Virus record (IMG/VR): IMGVR_UViG_3300028534_000020
Span: 23,622 to 87,621 of that record
Reading direction: 5' to 3' (one strand)
Source: a virus
DNA: 64,000 bases
A program made the translations under genes and the position numbers. Positions 47,575 to 56,383 of the stretch are shown one piece after another (positions within the stretch are counted from its first letter, which is position 1; each line of letters opens with the position of its first letter). A model generated the notes under the pieces. It had not been told where the DNA came from. It did no database searches and saw only the letters and a program-made list of their open reading frames with translations.

Positions 47575-49221
47575 TTACATAAATGTAAAATCAAACGATT
47601 CATTTATATAATCAGCTGCGAGACGCGCTAACCATAAACTCATCGCTTGGTCATCGTGAGCACCTACGCCTTCTAATTTACCTTTTTCTGTCCAAGTCAC
47701 AGTAGAAAGTTCCATACAAATTGAATCTGTAATATCTCTTGAGCGCTGGTCACCGCGCGGAAATTTAATTCGCGCTTGCTCAAATAAGATAGCTAATCCT
47801 GGTAAACCTGTTCGTAAATCGTGTTTGTTAGTTCCAGTTGTATGTTCAACTACTGGTAAACCTGCTTCTTTTGCGCCTTGTGCAAAAATTGCTTGCATTT
47901 GATTTACTTCCATAAATATAATATCAGGTTTAAAATCTTGATTTAACTTTTTCAATACTGCAATTTGTTCATTATAACTCTTACCTTTTGCTCGCCACTG
48001 GTGTAATAAATGATAATTATTTAATTCATCAACGCCAAGCACAGTAAATACAGAATAATCTGCGCCTACATTCGCAGAAATTGCAAAATCACAACCAATA
48101 ACAACACGTTTAAACTTACGTTCACTTGACCAAATGTTATCAATTATAGTAACATTATCCATACCCAAGAATGAGCGTTCGAGAATTTTCCAAGGAAATA
48201 TAGTAGATTCTGCTGATATGGGTCTGACAAGTATTTCTCGCGAAAAAATTAGCGAACCTTGTTCTTTCTTTTCGATAATATCGTGAATGTCGTGTCTATC
48301 TTGCCACAATAATGAACCATCTGGAAATAACGCTGGATATTCGAAAACTCGCCAAGCTTTCTTTGTTTTTAAGTCTGCAAATAAGTCTCTATCAGAATAT
48401 GGCGTTCCTACGTTAATTGCTTGTCCACCAGGAATAAGCATATTCATAACTACAGAATAGAAAAATGAAATATATTTATTTCGCTGTTCCTCAGAGTATA
48501 ATACCGAGTCATTCATAAAATCATCAAGCACAAAATAACCAGGGTGAAAACCACGCATTTTTGAACCATAAGATTTTACAAGTAATTGCGCGCCAGTTTT
48601 TGTTCTTATTTCAGTCTCAGCCCATTTTTTTGTATTTCCTGGATATAATGCATCTCGTAAAAAATCATTACTTTCAATCTCTTCTTTAATCATTGACAAA
48701 AAGTGTTTCGCGAGATTAAATTCATTCGTAATAATCATTCCATATTTTGCCAATGCCCAATCTTTGGGTACAGAAGTTAATGGCGTCTTTTTAGTGAATT
48801 GATAAAGACGCCACAAAATATAAGCAAACGAGAAAAAATAAGATTTACCGTGGTCACGCGCAGCAATAATAACAAGCTTCTTATACATTTGTACAAGATT
48901 ACCCCATTCTATATGGTGCCAGTTCATTTGAAATTCTGGCAAAACTGTAACAATAAAATAATTAAGACTAAATTTTCGTAGAGCATCATCGAACTGGTCT
49001 GTGAGTTTATCGAGATAACCAAATGCGCCTGATTGTATTTTGCCTTTGTTATTGATAATTACACCAGCTGTCTCTTCTACCATTAAATCTAATAACGCAT
49101 CTACGTCATTAAAATTCCCAGCAGTTAATTCAGCGATAGCCTGTTCGTCAAGCGTGTCGATAATTTCGTCTACATAACCATATACTTCTTGTAATTGTAT
49201 ATGTGTCAAATCTTTTATCAT
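47575..49221 (-). CDS. terL: terminase large subunit
   Basis: AARDHGKS, RGFHPGYFVLDD, VGTP, IGCDFA, HDDQAMSLW. Confidence 0.92.
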   Translation of the reverse strand: MIKDLTHIQLQEVYGYVDEIIDTLDEQAIAELTAGNFNDVDALLDLMVEETAGVIINNKGKIQSGAFGYLDKLTDQFDDALRKFSLNYFIVTVLPEFQMNWHHIEWGNLVQMYKKLVIIAARDHGKSYFFSFAYILWRLYQFTKKTPLTSVPKDWALAKYGMIITNEFNLAKHFLSMIKEEIESNDFLRDALYPGNTKKWAETEIRTKTGAQLLVKSYGSKMRGFHPGYFVLDDFMNDSVLYSEEQRNKYISFFYSVVMNMLIPGGQAINVGTPYSDRDLFADLKTKKAWRVFEYPALFPDGSLLWQDRHDIHDIIEKKEQGSLIFSREILVRPISAESTIFPWKILERSFLGMDNVTIIDNIWSSERKFKRVVIGCDFAISANVGADYSVFTVLGVDELNNYHLLHQWRAKGKSYNEQIAVLKKLNQDFKPDIIFMEVNQMQAIFAQGAKEAGLPVVEHTTGTNKHDLRTGLPGLAILFEQARIKFPRGDQRSRDITDSICMELSTVTWTEKGKLEGVGAHDDQAMSLWLARLAADYINESFDFTFM

Positions 49222-49847
49222 ATTTCAAAAGTCACGCGTGGTGATTTTTCTTGTTGAGTTTGTGTGTTAATATTTTTTTCTGAACGCAATGTTTTGACAA
49301 GAAACTCGTGCAATTTTTTGTTCGCTTCTACATCATTCATCGCTCTATGCGCATCAATTAACTCGATGCCAGCAAGTTTACAAGCAGCGCCCAAATTAAA
49401 TTTCTTTGTTTTACCTAACCATTTCGAGCGTGCTAAAAACAATGTGTCCTCTTTATAGTCTTCAATATACTTATCAATATCGTCGCCATTACGTTCGAAC
49501 AAATATTTCAAAAATTTATAATCAAACTTTGCAATATTGTGCCCAACTAATATAGGCTTATACGCAAAGCGTTTTGAACCATACGTAAACGTTTTAAAAA
49601 CGTCTTTAAGTATTTCAACCAATTCGTTAGCGTCAATACCGTCTTTTAACATCTCTCTTGTAATGCCTGTTGCTTTCAATGCACCTTCTGTTAATATAAG
49701 GTCATCATAAGGTTTAACAAGAGTTTCGAATCGAAATTTCTCTTCGAATGTTTTACCATCATAAACGATAAACGCTATTTCTGTAATTGGGTTCTCTTTT
49801 TCCGTAAAGCCGCCTGTTTCAAGGTCTAAGCAAATATAATCAAACAT
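49218..49847 (-). CDS. DEDDh 3'-5' exonuclease (DnaQ/epsilon-like)
   Basis: LDLETGG, VGHNIAKFD, AHRAMND. Confidence 0.9.
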   Translation of the reverse strand: MFDYICLDLETGGFTEKENPITEIAFIVYDGKTFEEKFRFETLVKPYDDLILTEGALKATGITREMLKDGIDANELVEILKDVFKTFTYGSKRFAYKPILVGHNIAKFDYKFLKYLFERNGDDIDKYIEDYKEDTLFLARSKWLGKTKKFNLGAACKLAGIELIDAHRAMNDVEANKKLHEFLVKTLRSEKNINTQTQQEKSPRVTFEI

Positions 49848-49851
49848 ATCT

Positions 49852-50088
49852 TTAATTTTTGAAGTTTAGTCGTAAAATTTTAATGCCTACTGTTGGGTTC
49901 TCAATTACCTTAATAGTAGCACCAGAATATTGTTCAGGTAAACGACCTCGTCTCATATACTGATAAATATCTTGATTCGTAAAAGGTCGCCCTGATTTTT
50001 TGACACCATACTTTTCAGTAAGCCATTTCTTAAGTTGAGATGGCGTAAAATCTGTATTAGTGTTAATTGTTACTGTTTTAGTTGTCAT
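49852..50088 (-). CDS. small putative DNA-binding protein
   Basis: Short basic helical ORF. Confidence 0.55.
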   Translation of the reverse strand: MTTKTVTINTNTDFTPSQLKKWLTEKYGVKKSGRPFTNQDIYQYMRRGRLPEQYSGATIKVIENPTVGIKILRLNFKN

Positions 50089-50579
50089 ACAAAAATTACA
50101 TTTTTATAAGTTTCTAATTGCCGTTTAAGATTTTCATATACTGTTTTAAATTCTTTTTCGCTAAAAAATTCAATTTCCGTATTTGCGTATGGTACTTTAA
50201 CATTCTCTGATTTGTTAATTACAAGTACATTTATATTACGCTTTAATTGTGCGTCATATTTCTCATACGAGGAAATTGCAAATATCATAGCTAAATCACC
50301 GACGAATTTATCGCTTATTGATAACATCGGGTGTTTCTTTCTATCAATCTTGAAACTTTTATAATATTCTTGTAAAAGTCCCAAATACTCTTCATCTGGC
50401 AAAACTTTATACATTGCCAGTAATTCACTAATCTTATCGTCGACAGATAAACGCTCGATAATATCAAACCAAATACTTAAAATGTTTGCATCTATTTCAG
50501 ATATTGGGTTAATTCCTAATGCATCACCAAAAACTGCATACGCTTCTGTCGCTTTTTGTAAATTTATTCTATTCCCCAT
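50085..50579 (-). CDS. hypothetical protein
   Basis: Packed minus-strand ORF. Confidence 0.6.
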   Translation of the reverse strand: MGNRINLQKATEAYAVFGDALGINPISEIDANILSIWFDIIERLSVDDKISELLAMYKVLPDEEYLGLLQEYYKSFKIDRKKHPMLSISDKFVGDLAMIFAISSYEKYDAQLKRNINVLVINKSENVKVPYANTEIEFFSEKEFKTVYENLKRQLETYKNVIFV

Positions 50580-51052
50580 TTCGTCTTTAACAAATTATAA
50601 TATTGCTTATCTTTTCTTTTTATATATGTCATCATATCATTAAAAGAAAATAATTCTTGTTTTTCTTTTAATGAACCGTGTTCCCATTTTATATGACATT
50701 TTAAACATAAATATTTGATATTTTCTTTATCTGTTTCTAAATCTTTACGTCTGGCACGAGAAATTGTGTGTGAATGTGTTAAACTATTACTTGTCCCACA
50801 ACCTTCACAAATATGTGGTCTTTCTTGCGCTATCTCATCGTATACAGATTGTAATTTATTTATTTTCTTTTTTGTTTTTACAATATTCTTTTTTAATACT
50901 TTATGTTTAATTATTTTATTTTCTTTTTGTTTATCTAAACGCTCGCGATTTTTTTGAGCACATAAATAATGCGTTTTATTTACAATCGGTCTTTTTTGAC
51001 CACAGTCACATTTACTACAATAATCTATTATTATGCTGTTAGTTCCCGACAT
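50564..51052 (-). CDS. HNH / NinG-like nuclease
   Basis: CEGCG...HSH...NIKYLCLKCH. Confidence 0.75.
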   Translation of the reverse strand: MSGTNSIIIDYCSKCDCGQKRPIVNKTHYLCAQKNRERLDKQKENKIIKHKVLKKNIVKTKKKINKLQSVYDEIAQERPHICEGCGTSNSLTHSHTISRARRKDLETDKENIKYLCLKCHIKWEHGSLKEKQELFSFNDMMTYIKRKDKQYYNLLKTKWGIE

Positions 51053-51573
51053 TCTATACTAAAATTACATTTCAAACACGTTTCTGACTTTTCTGTATAG
51101 CCTGACGTTAATTGCAAGCAATGAACCAAACCTATCTCTGTATTAAAGAACCTTTTTCGTTCAATTTCCTCGATATAAAATAAATCTGGCTTCTTTGTAT
51201 AATCAAGACCAACTTTAAAATCATCAATATAAATTTTATTTTTTGCTGACCATTCAATAGCATCATTAACTTGTTTATCTGTTTTATTTTTCCAACGCTC
51301 AACTGCTTTATCATTTATTATATGGCCAAGTTTTAAGAACCGTTTACTTTTCAAAGTTCCTGGCTGAGTATAATAATAAAATTGAAACGAAAAATAATTA
51401 AACAAAAAATTAATGCCTATTGTTTTTTTGCCTTGAATATTTTCGATTTTTTTTATAAATGAAGCTATATTTTTTTGCGTACTTTTTAACTCTTTAAACG
51501 TATACTTTTCGTTACGTTGAAAGATTTTATTGAATTTTTCAAAAAAAAGCACTATTTGTTTGTTAGCTTCCAT
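51031..51573 (-). CDS. hypothetical protein
   Basis: Start moved to MEANKQ, 4 nt after TATATTTG. Confidence 0.65.
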   Translation of the reverse strand: MEANKQIVLFFEKFNKIFQRNEKYTFKELKSTQKNIASFIKKIENIQGKKTIGINFLFNYFSFQFYYYTQPGTLKSKRFLKLGHIINDKAVERWKNKTDKQVNDAIEWSAKNKIYIDDFKVGLDYTKKPDLFYIEEIERKRFFNTEIGLVHCLQLTSGYTEKSETCLKCNFSIECRELTA

Positions 51574-51577
51574 ACGA

Positions 51578-51598
51578 CAAATATACAAAATATATTTG
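51578..51598 (-). promoter_or_regulatory. TAnnTTTG promoter, near-leaderless
   Basis: Minus strand TATATTTG-TCGT-ATG. Confidence 0.65.
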
Positions 51599-51604
51599 AT
51601 ATAT

Positions 51605-52141
51605 TTAAGCCCAATTAAAATTTAGTTCGATATTTTTTATTGAATTTGTAGATTGAGCGAGCTCTTCAACGTTATCACACTCAGATATATTTTGTGTATC
51701 AGCTGATTTTAAACGCTGTAAAAAAATACCAATATATGACTGAGGTTCAATAGTACCTATAAGAATCTCGTTTTGTTGCGAAGTAATATCATTAAATTCT
51801 GCATAATAAGGTAAATCACGCTGAGTTTTCAACTCTTCAAAAATCGGTGCGCCACAACTTGATATATTTGGCGTAACAATTGCTGCTAATAGTTTATAAC
51901 CTTCTGGCACATTCGCATATAACGTAACATCTTGTAATTGCGTATCTGTTATATTTTTTGCAGCTATACAGATTATTTCATTTTCGTTCTTTACTTTTGT
52001 GTAATAAGAAATATCTCGAAACAAATTATTTTTACGGCCATTTGGAATTTGTGTACCTGATATATAACCGCCAAGTGATTTATGGATTTCTTTCTGTTCT
52101 GCACCATTTTCAAGTGCACCCGTGTAATATAATTTTATCAT
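51605..52141 (-). CDS. putative virion structural protein
   Basis: LYYTGA...SLGGYIS...IPN...NLF.DIS start resembles phage structural proteins (from recollection only). Confidence 0.4.
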   Translation of the reverse strand: MIKLYYTGALENGAEQKEIHKSLGGYISGTQIPNGRKNNLFRDISYYTKVKNENEIICIAAKNITDTQLQDVTLYANVPEGYKLLAAIVTPNISSCGAPIFEELKTQRDLPYYAEFNDITSQQNEILIGTIEPQSYIGIFLQRLKSADTQNISECDNVEELAQSTNSIKNIELNFNWA

Positions 52142-52533
52142 TTGTCAATTAGTTTATAAGTCGTGAATGTTATTATAGCAACACTAAAGCCAAATATAAA
52201 ATATTTTGTTTTAATTACTATTAAATTAGTTTGCCGTTGAGGTACTGCAATTTTTTTAATAAGTAATTGATTTTCAAGTTTTAATTCAGCTATTTGTTTC
52301 GTTCTATTCAATAGCATAGTGTCTTTTACAGCGACACGAAATTCACAGCTATCAAGTAAAACTCGCTGTTGAGTATTGATACTATCAAGTCGTTTGTAAT
52401 TAAGCTTATAAAACGCTAATTTTTTTGCTGTTTCAACATTAACGCATAACGTATCACTCTTTTTCGAGGATTGCCCGTAAACTGTCTTTGCTAATACCAG
52501 GGTTAACAGGAATAACAGGGTGATTTTTTTCAT
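52138..52533 (-). CDS. spanin-like protein (signal peptide, coiled coil, C-terminal TM)
   Basis: Topology; 80-bp overlap with the upstream TM/coiled-coil gene. Confidence 0.5.
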   Translation of the reverse strand: MKKITLLFLLTLVLAKTVYGQSSKKSDTLCVNVETAKKLAFYKLNYKRLDSINTQQRVLLDSCEFRVAVKDTMLLNRTKQIAELKLENQLLIKKIAVPQRQTNLIVIKTKYFIFGFSVAIITFTTYKLIDK

Positions 52534-52789
52534 AATCTTTTAATTTTCTGCGCAGTCTTTTATATTCAACACTTAAAATACTATCTTGCTTTTTACGCAA
52601 ATCAAAATCTTGTTTAAGACCATCATAACGTTTTAACGACTCATTATATAACGAATCTAAACGTTGAATTTTTTCTTTATTGATTTTATCAATTTCTCTT
52701 GATAATTTATAATTTGTAAAAAGTAAACCACCAAGAATTGCTACAAATATGCCAAACGAGACATATATAGCGATATTTTTAATAGTCAT
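52454..52789 (-). CDS. i-spanin-like protein
   Basis: N-terminal TM plus coiled coil, directly after the putative endolysin. Confidence 0.55.
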   Translation of the reverse strand: MTIKNIAIYVSFGIFVAILGGLLFTNYKLSREIDKINKEKIQRLDSLYNESLKRYDGLKQDFDLRKKQDSILSVEYKRLRRKLKDYEKNHPVIPVNPGISKDSLRAILEKE

Positions 52790-53213
52790 TGATAATTTCT
52801 ATTGTAGTTTCTTTTAAGCCTTTTAAGACGCGCTCAAAATCAGCTGTAGTACGCGTAGAACTTGTAACATCATAATATCCATCTTTATTCAAATCTTTAA
52901 GACGAATGCCTGGCGCTACACAACCGTTTAATTGAGTCCAAAAATTTGCAGGATGAATGCGTATTCCACTTCTATTGGGTACCTCATCTATAAGCCAAAC
53001 AAAACGTTTAAACTTTGGTGACCAAGTAAATCTTAACGGATAAATACCTTCTGGTATATTCGATACGTTTCTTTGATTATGACGTTCGCCACGTTCAATA
53101 CACATCGAACCAAAAACAGGTTGACCTGTATTATTGTCAATAATCAACAATATACCAGTCGACTGATTTTTATCAGCCCACTGTCTTTTAAGCTTGACTG
53201 ATAGATTTTTCAT
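52779..53213 (-). CDS. DUF5675-family putative endolysin
   Basis: STGIL...CIE...IPEGIY...VPNRSGIRIHPAN...LNGCVAPG. Confidence 0.75.
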   Translation of the reverse strand: MKNLSVKLKRQWADKNQSTGILLIIDNNTGQPVFGSMCIERGERHNQRNVSNIPEGIYPLRFTWSPKFKRFVWLIDEVPNRSGIRIHPANFWTQLNGCVAPGIRLKDLNKDGYYDVTSSTRTTADFERVLKGLKETTIEIINDY

Positions 53214-53562
53214 CTTGTTGTTTTTTTACTGGCTTAATTCTCAAAATAAAATCTTTACCTTCGCGCTCTTTTGTAAAATGACGCATCGTTGTTACAATAT
53301 TCCACGCTATCAACGAAATTATAAACCAACCAGAATTTTGTATCATATAAAAATTCATAAACGTCTCAAAATCTGCCAAATTGTATACCCATATAATAAA
53401 TGACGTATATGTCACTAAATATAAAATGATAATTGATACGTGTGCAGACGCGTGGTCTTCTGTTAATGCGCCATTATCGTGAATAAGTTCTTTTAGCTCT
53501 TTAACAGCTAAAAAGAATGAATACGCATAAAATAACAGACTTAAAATTGCGATTAGTTTCAT
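53188..53562 (-). CDS. multi-TM protein, holin/antiholin candidate
   Basis: Three hydrophobic segments inside the lysis cassette. Confidence 0.5.
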   Translation of the reverse strand: MKLIAILSLLFYAYSFFLAVKELKELIHDNGALTEDHASAHVSIIILYLVTYTSFIIWVYNLADFETFMNFYMIQNSGWFIISLIAWNIVTTMRHFTKEREGKDFILRIKPVKKQQDEKSISQA

Positions 53563-53912
53563 ATTTGTTTATTTTTTTTTAGCAAATTTGCAATTGAACT
53601 ACCAAGTGTGTCATTTTTCAATAAAAACACTATAATACTATACGCAAACACAGTTGTTAATAACATAATAAATATTCGCGTATCAGTTTCAAAAAGTTCT
53701 GGATAAAAGTGTTTAACGCCGAACGAAGCACCCCAGCCCGTTACAGATGACGAAATTAAATTAGAAATTATTGGGTAAACTTTCTTTTCTATTTTTTTCG
53801 CTTCAATCATAGCAGCAACGAATACAATACCAAATACAAAATATATAGGTAAATCTGCGAAAACAGCTAAACTTCCAGTTGTTACAGCCAAATAAATATT
53901 TAATTTACTCAT
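53559..53912 (-). CDS. multi-TM protein, holin candidate
   Basis: Three to four hydrophobic segments. Confidence 0.5.
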   Translation of the reverse strand: MSKLNIYLAVTTGSLAVFADLPIYFVFGIVFVAAMIEAKKIEKKVYPIISNLISSSVTGWGASFGVKHFYPELFETDTRIFIMLLTTVFAYSIIVFLLKNDTLGSSIANLLKKNKQI

Positions 53913-53928
53913 AGTTAATTGCGTTTAT

Positions 53929-54282
53929 TTACAATAAAATTAAATCAATTTTCAAAATATCATCATATTTTAATGCATTTTGCAATTGAGCATAATCTAC
54001 AACGTACTCACTTCCGTTATAATCAAAGGCGCAAGATTTACCATTCACTTTAATACACGTTATTTTTTGTTTACCTCTAAATAGTAAAAGAACCTTATTA
54101 TTATCCCAATCCCATTTTACACCAATAAAATTGATTATTTGGCCAGTGTCGAGATTTATATTTTGTAACCACGAGCCACAATTTATGCGTAAAATATTAT
54201 CTTGTGTGTCTACTACTATATGATAATATTTACGTTTTTTAAAGCTTTTACAGTACTTTTTTAATTTTTTTAATAGTTTCAT
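53929..54282 (-). CDS. hypothetical protein
   Basis: ORF immediately after the ncRNA-like island. Confidence 0.55.
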   Translation of the reverse strand: MKLLKKLKKYCKSFKKRKYYHIVVDTQDNILRINCGSWLQNINLDTGQIINFIGVKWDWDNNKVLLLFRGKQKITCIKVNGKSCAFDYNGSEYVVDYAQLQNALKYDDILKIDLILL

Positions 54283-54309
54283 TATTTGAGTTATTAAGTT
54301 GTTCTAAAA

Positions 54310-54553
54310 TAAAAATCGAGGCTCTTCTCGTCGCGTCCGGCGAGCGTCTATGCCTCGAATTTAGCTCCAACCTGCGTCCAGGCCTTCACAGCTAAAAGCA
54401 TTACACAAAACACGTAAGTGTCTATTTCACTCCCCTATTTCAGGGTTCTTTTCAACGCATCTTCCAACTTTGGCTTTCACGCACAATGGCAGACGAATTC
54501 CACGCCTTCTACGCTGGAAGCGCGACTTACGCATTAAGCGTAATGCAAGGGTT
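54310..54553 (-). ncRNA. putative structured non-coding RNA ending in a terminator hairpin
   Basis: About 49% GC by hand count (118/240 for 54311-54550). Arms 54525-54546 and 54398-54419 pair (G.U only on minus). Further hairpins and TCGAGGC/GCCTCGA followed by a T run. Confidence 0.7.
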
Positions 54554-54718
54554 GCGTAATTGGGTATCTTTGCGAGATTCCCACGCGAGAAGTCAATCAC
54601 GGCTAATCGCGTAATTGGGTATCTTTGCGAGATTCCCACACTGCCAGCCTATCAGAACTAACAGTGTAATTGGGTATCTTTGTGAGATTCCCACGCAAAA
54701 TTTGTCAATGAACTAATT
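54554..54718. repeat. three 55-bp units: 33-bp hairpin repeat plus 22-bp semi-conserved linker (CRISPR-like mini-array)
   Basis: GYGTAATTGGGTATCTTTGYGAGATTCCCACRC at 54554, 54609 and 54664; exact 55-bp period. Confidence 0.95.
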
Positions 54719-55822
54719 TATAATTTTATAAGTTATAAATTTTGAATAACCATCTTTATTTTTATATCCAAGCATTTTTACTTTTGCTAAATATTTTGAA
54801 ACATACGTTATAGCGCCTTGTTTGTATAATTTAATTTTAAACGCTAAATTTACATAACCAACTTGAGGTGAATGAGGCGTTATACGACCTCTCGATGAAC
54901 CATTTGGCACACCTTTTGGAGATGGATAATGATTATCTTTAAACCAAAGTTCAGGTTCAATATCAATCCAAGTGCAAATATCTTTTATTTCAAAATGCGT
55001 TTTTCGTCCATATAAATCACCATATTTAAGTTCACGATAACCAGCAACGCGTTTATTACGCGCCTCTGGACCTTTATACGCTGCGTGTCTATATCTATCA
55101 ACTACAACTTCTACTTTATCGACAAAATCAAATAAATCATCTACATTATTAAGACACACTCTTAAAAGTTTTGCTAAACCATTACCACTATCAATTGCTT
55201 TTACATAATTTACGTGTGGCACATCGTGTTGCTGATAATTATCACTTGTTAATTTATCTGACCAAGATACACTAAATGCATTTTGTAAAACAATGTCAAG
55301 TACATTTAATTCTTGAGATTTAAGAAAATCTTTTAATGAACTATTTCCAGTAACATTATGCGCCTTACGGTTGAATGAATAAGCTATATCATAATCAACT
55401 AACATAGAGTCAGTAGTTTGCTGTTTTGAAATTGTAGCAAAATCATCATAATCATATTGTGTTCCGCCTTGACCATAATTACCAGCATCAGTTGGCGTAA
55501 ATAAATATACAGCTTCACTTAAAACATTGTCATCTGAGTCTTTATTTGACTCGAAAAATAAATGAACTTCGCCTTCGTTGACTACAAATTGTTCCTGATT
55601 ATCTACAAATTCTTTAAGCGTAATTTGTAAAATATGATACACTTTATTAAAAGAAGCTACAGCGCCAGAATTTGAAGTATTTAACGCTTGCCATTCTTGT
55701 GCGCCAAAATTATACACTTTATGTACTTTTTCACGCTCATCAAACCATAACATTATTTTCGTCACTGGTGGATTGACGCCTGAGTGTATCGCTTTTACTA
55801 AACCTAAATTAAAAGTCGCCAT
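54713..55822 (-). CDS. tail-associated protein (fibre/accessory)
   Basis: N-terminus MATFNLGLVKAIHSGVNPP...LWFD resembles phage fibre starts; follows the tail genes. Confidence 0.45.
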   Translation of the reverse strand: MATFNLGLVKAIHSGVNPPVTKIMLWFDEREKVHKVYNFGAQEWQALNTSNSGAVASFNKVYHILQITLKEFVDNQEQFVVNEGEVHLFFESNKDSDDNVLSEAVYLFTPTDAGNYGQGGTQYDYDDFATISKQQTTDSMLVDYDIAYSFNRKAHNVTGNSSLKDFLKSQELNVLDIVLQNAFSVSWSDKLTSDNYQQHDVPHVNYVKAIDSGNGLAKLLRVCLNNVDDLFDFVDKVEVVVDRYRHAAYKGPEARNKRVAGYRELKYGDLYGRKTHFEIKDICTWIDIEPELWFKDNHYPSPKGVPNGSSRGRITPHSPQVGYVNLAFKIKLYKQGAITYVSKYLAKVKMLGYKNKDGYSKFITYKIIN

Positions 55823-55823
55823 A

Positions 55824-56381
55824 TTAAGTAGTTTGTGCTTTAACTGTTATATATTGATAATTTGTGTCTGTTTTTGGAATCTCATACTCTGTATCATCAA
55901 TTTTAAAACGAAACGCTTCTGATATAGCAGTAGGGAATACATTAAATTGTAATGTATATTCTGCTAAATTTGTTGTTATTTGTCCTACATTATTTGTCGT
56001 ACCAAATTTTTTCCACTCGCCATTTAATAAAAATTGAACCTCTTTATTAGCTTGACTATCAAACTCAATTATATACATAAAAGTAGGGACTTTTACATTA
56101 TATAATACACGCACTTTTTTTTCAATTTTCCAATCGCGAATATTCATATATTCTATGAGTTCAGCATCTGTGACAGTACTTAAAATAGAAATTGGCGATG
56201 CTTCAATTGTAGCATACAAATTCGTTAAATTAAATCTACCTTCACTTATTAACTTTTGAATTAAAGCATCAAGCTCTTTGTTAATAAGAGCTTGGCGGTC
56301 TTCGTGCGATAATAATTCCCAGTTAATAACTTTTAATGCTTCTTCGATTGTAAAATCAATATTGGGACAAGTTTCTGCCAT
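55824..56381 (-). CDS. putative tail protein
   Basis: Position in the tail module. Confidence 0.45.
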   Translation of the reverse strand: MAETCPNIDFTIEEALKVINWELLSHEDRQALINKELDALIQKLISEGRFNLTNLYATIEASPISILSTVTDAELIEYMNIRDWKIEKKVRVLYNVKVPTFMYIIEFDSQANKEVQFLLNGEWKKFGTTNNVGQITTNLAEYTLQFNVFPTAISEAFRFKIDDTEYEIPKTDTNYQYITVKAQTT

Positions 56382-56383
56382 AA

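Noticed and set aside
28057-49221. Inteins or introns in RecA, DnaE, DnaB and TerL
   Set aside because: Lengths are normal, motifs are contiguous, and no splice-junction signatures are visible.
54310-54553. tmRNA, group II intron or hammerhead identity for the RNA
   Set aside because: There is no tmRNA-type T-arm/CCA end, GTGCG is present but with no domain V, and no CTGANGA core.
54427-54639. 70-aa minus-strand ORF over the repeat/RNA island
   Set aside because: It starts inside a repeat, has atypical Arg-rich composition, and is better explained by the GC-rich structured sequence.
54587-54663. Self-targeting by the array linkers
   Set aside because: By eye I found only ~9-nt matches (near 57682 and 48389), which is chance level; the search was not exhaustive.
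54554-54696. Canonical CRISPR-Cas or TIGR-Tas locus
   Set aside because: No cas or Nop-domain gene is in the window, the linkers are only 22 bp and resemble each other, and there is no dual-spacer architecture. Kept as a repeat with open interpretation.
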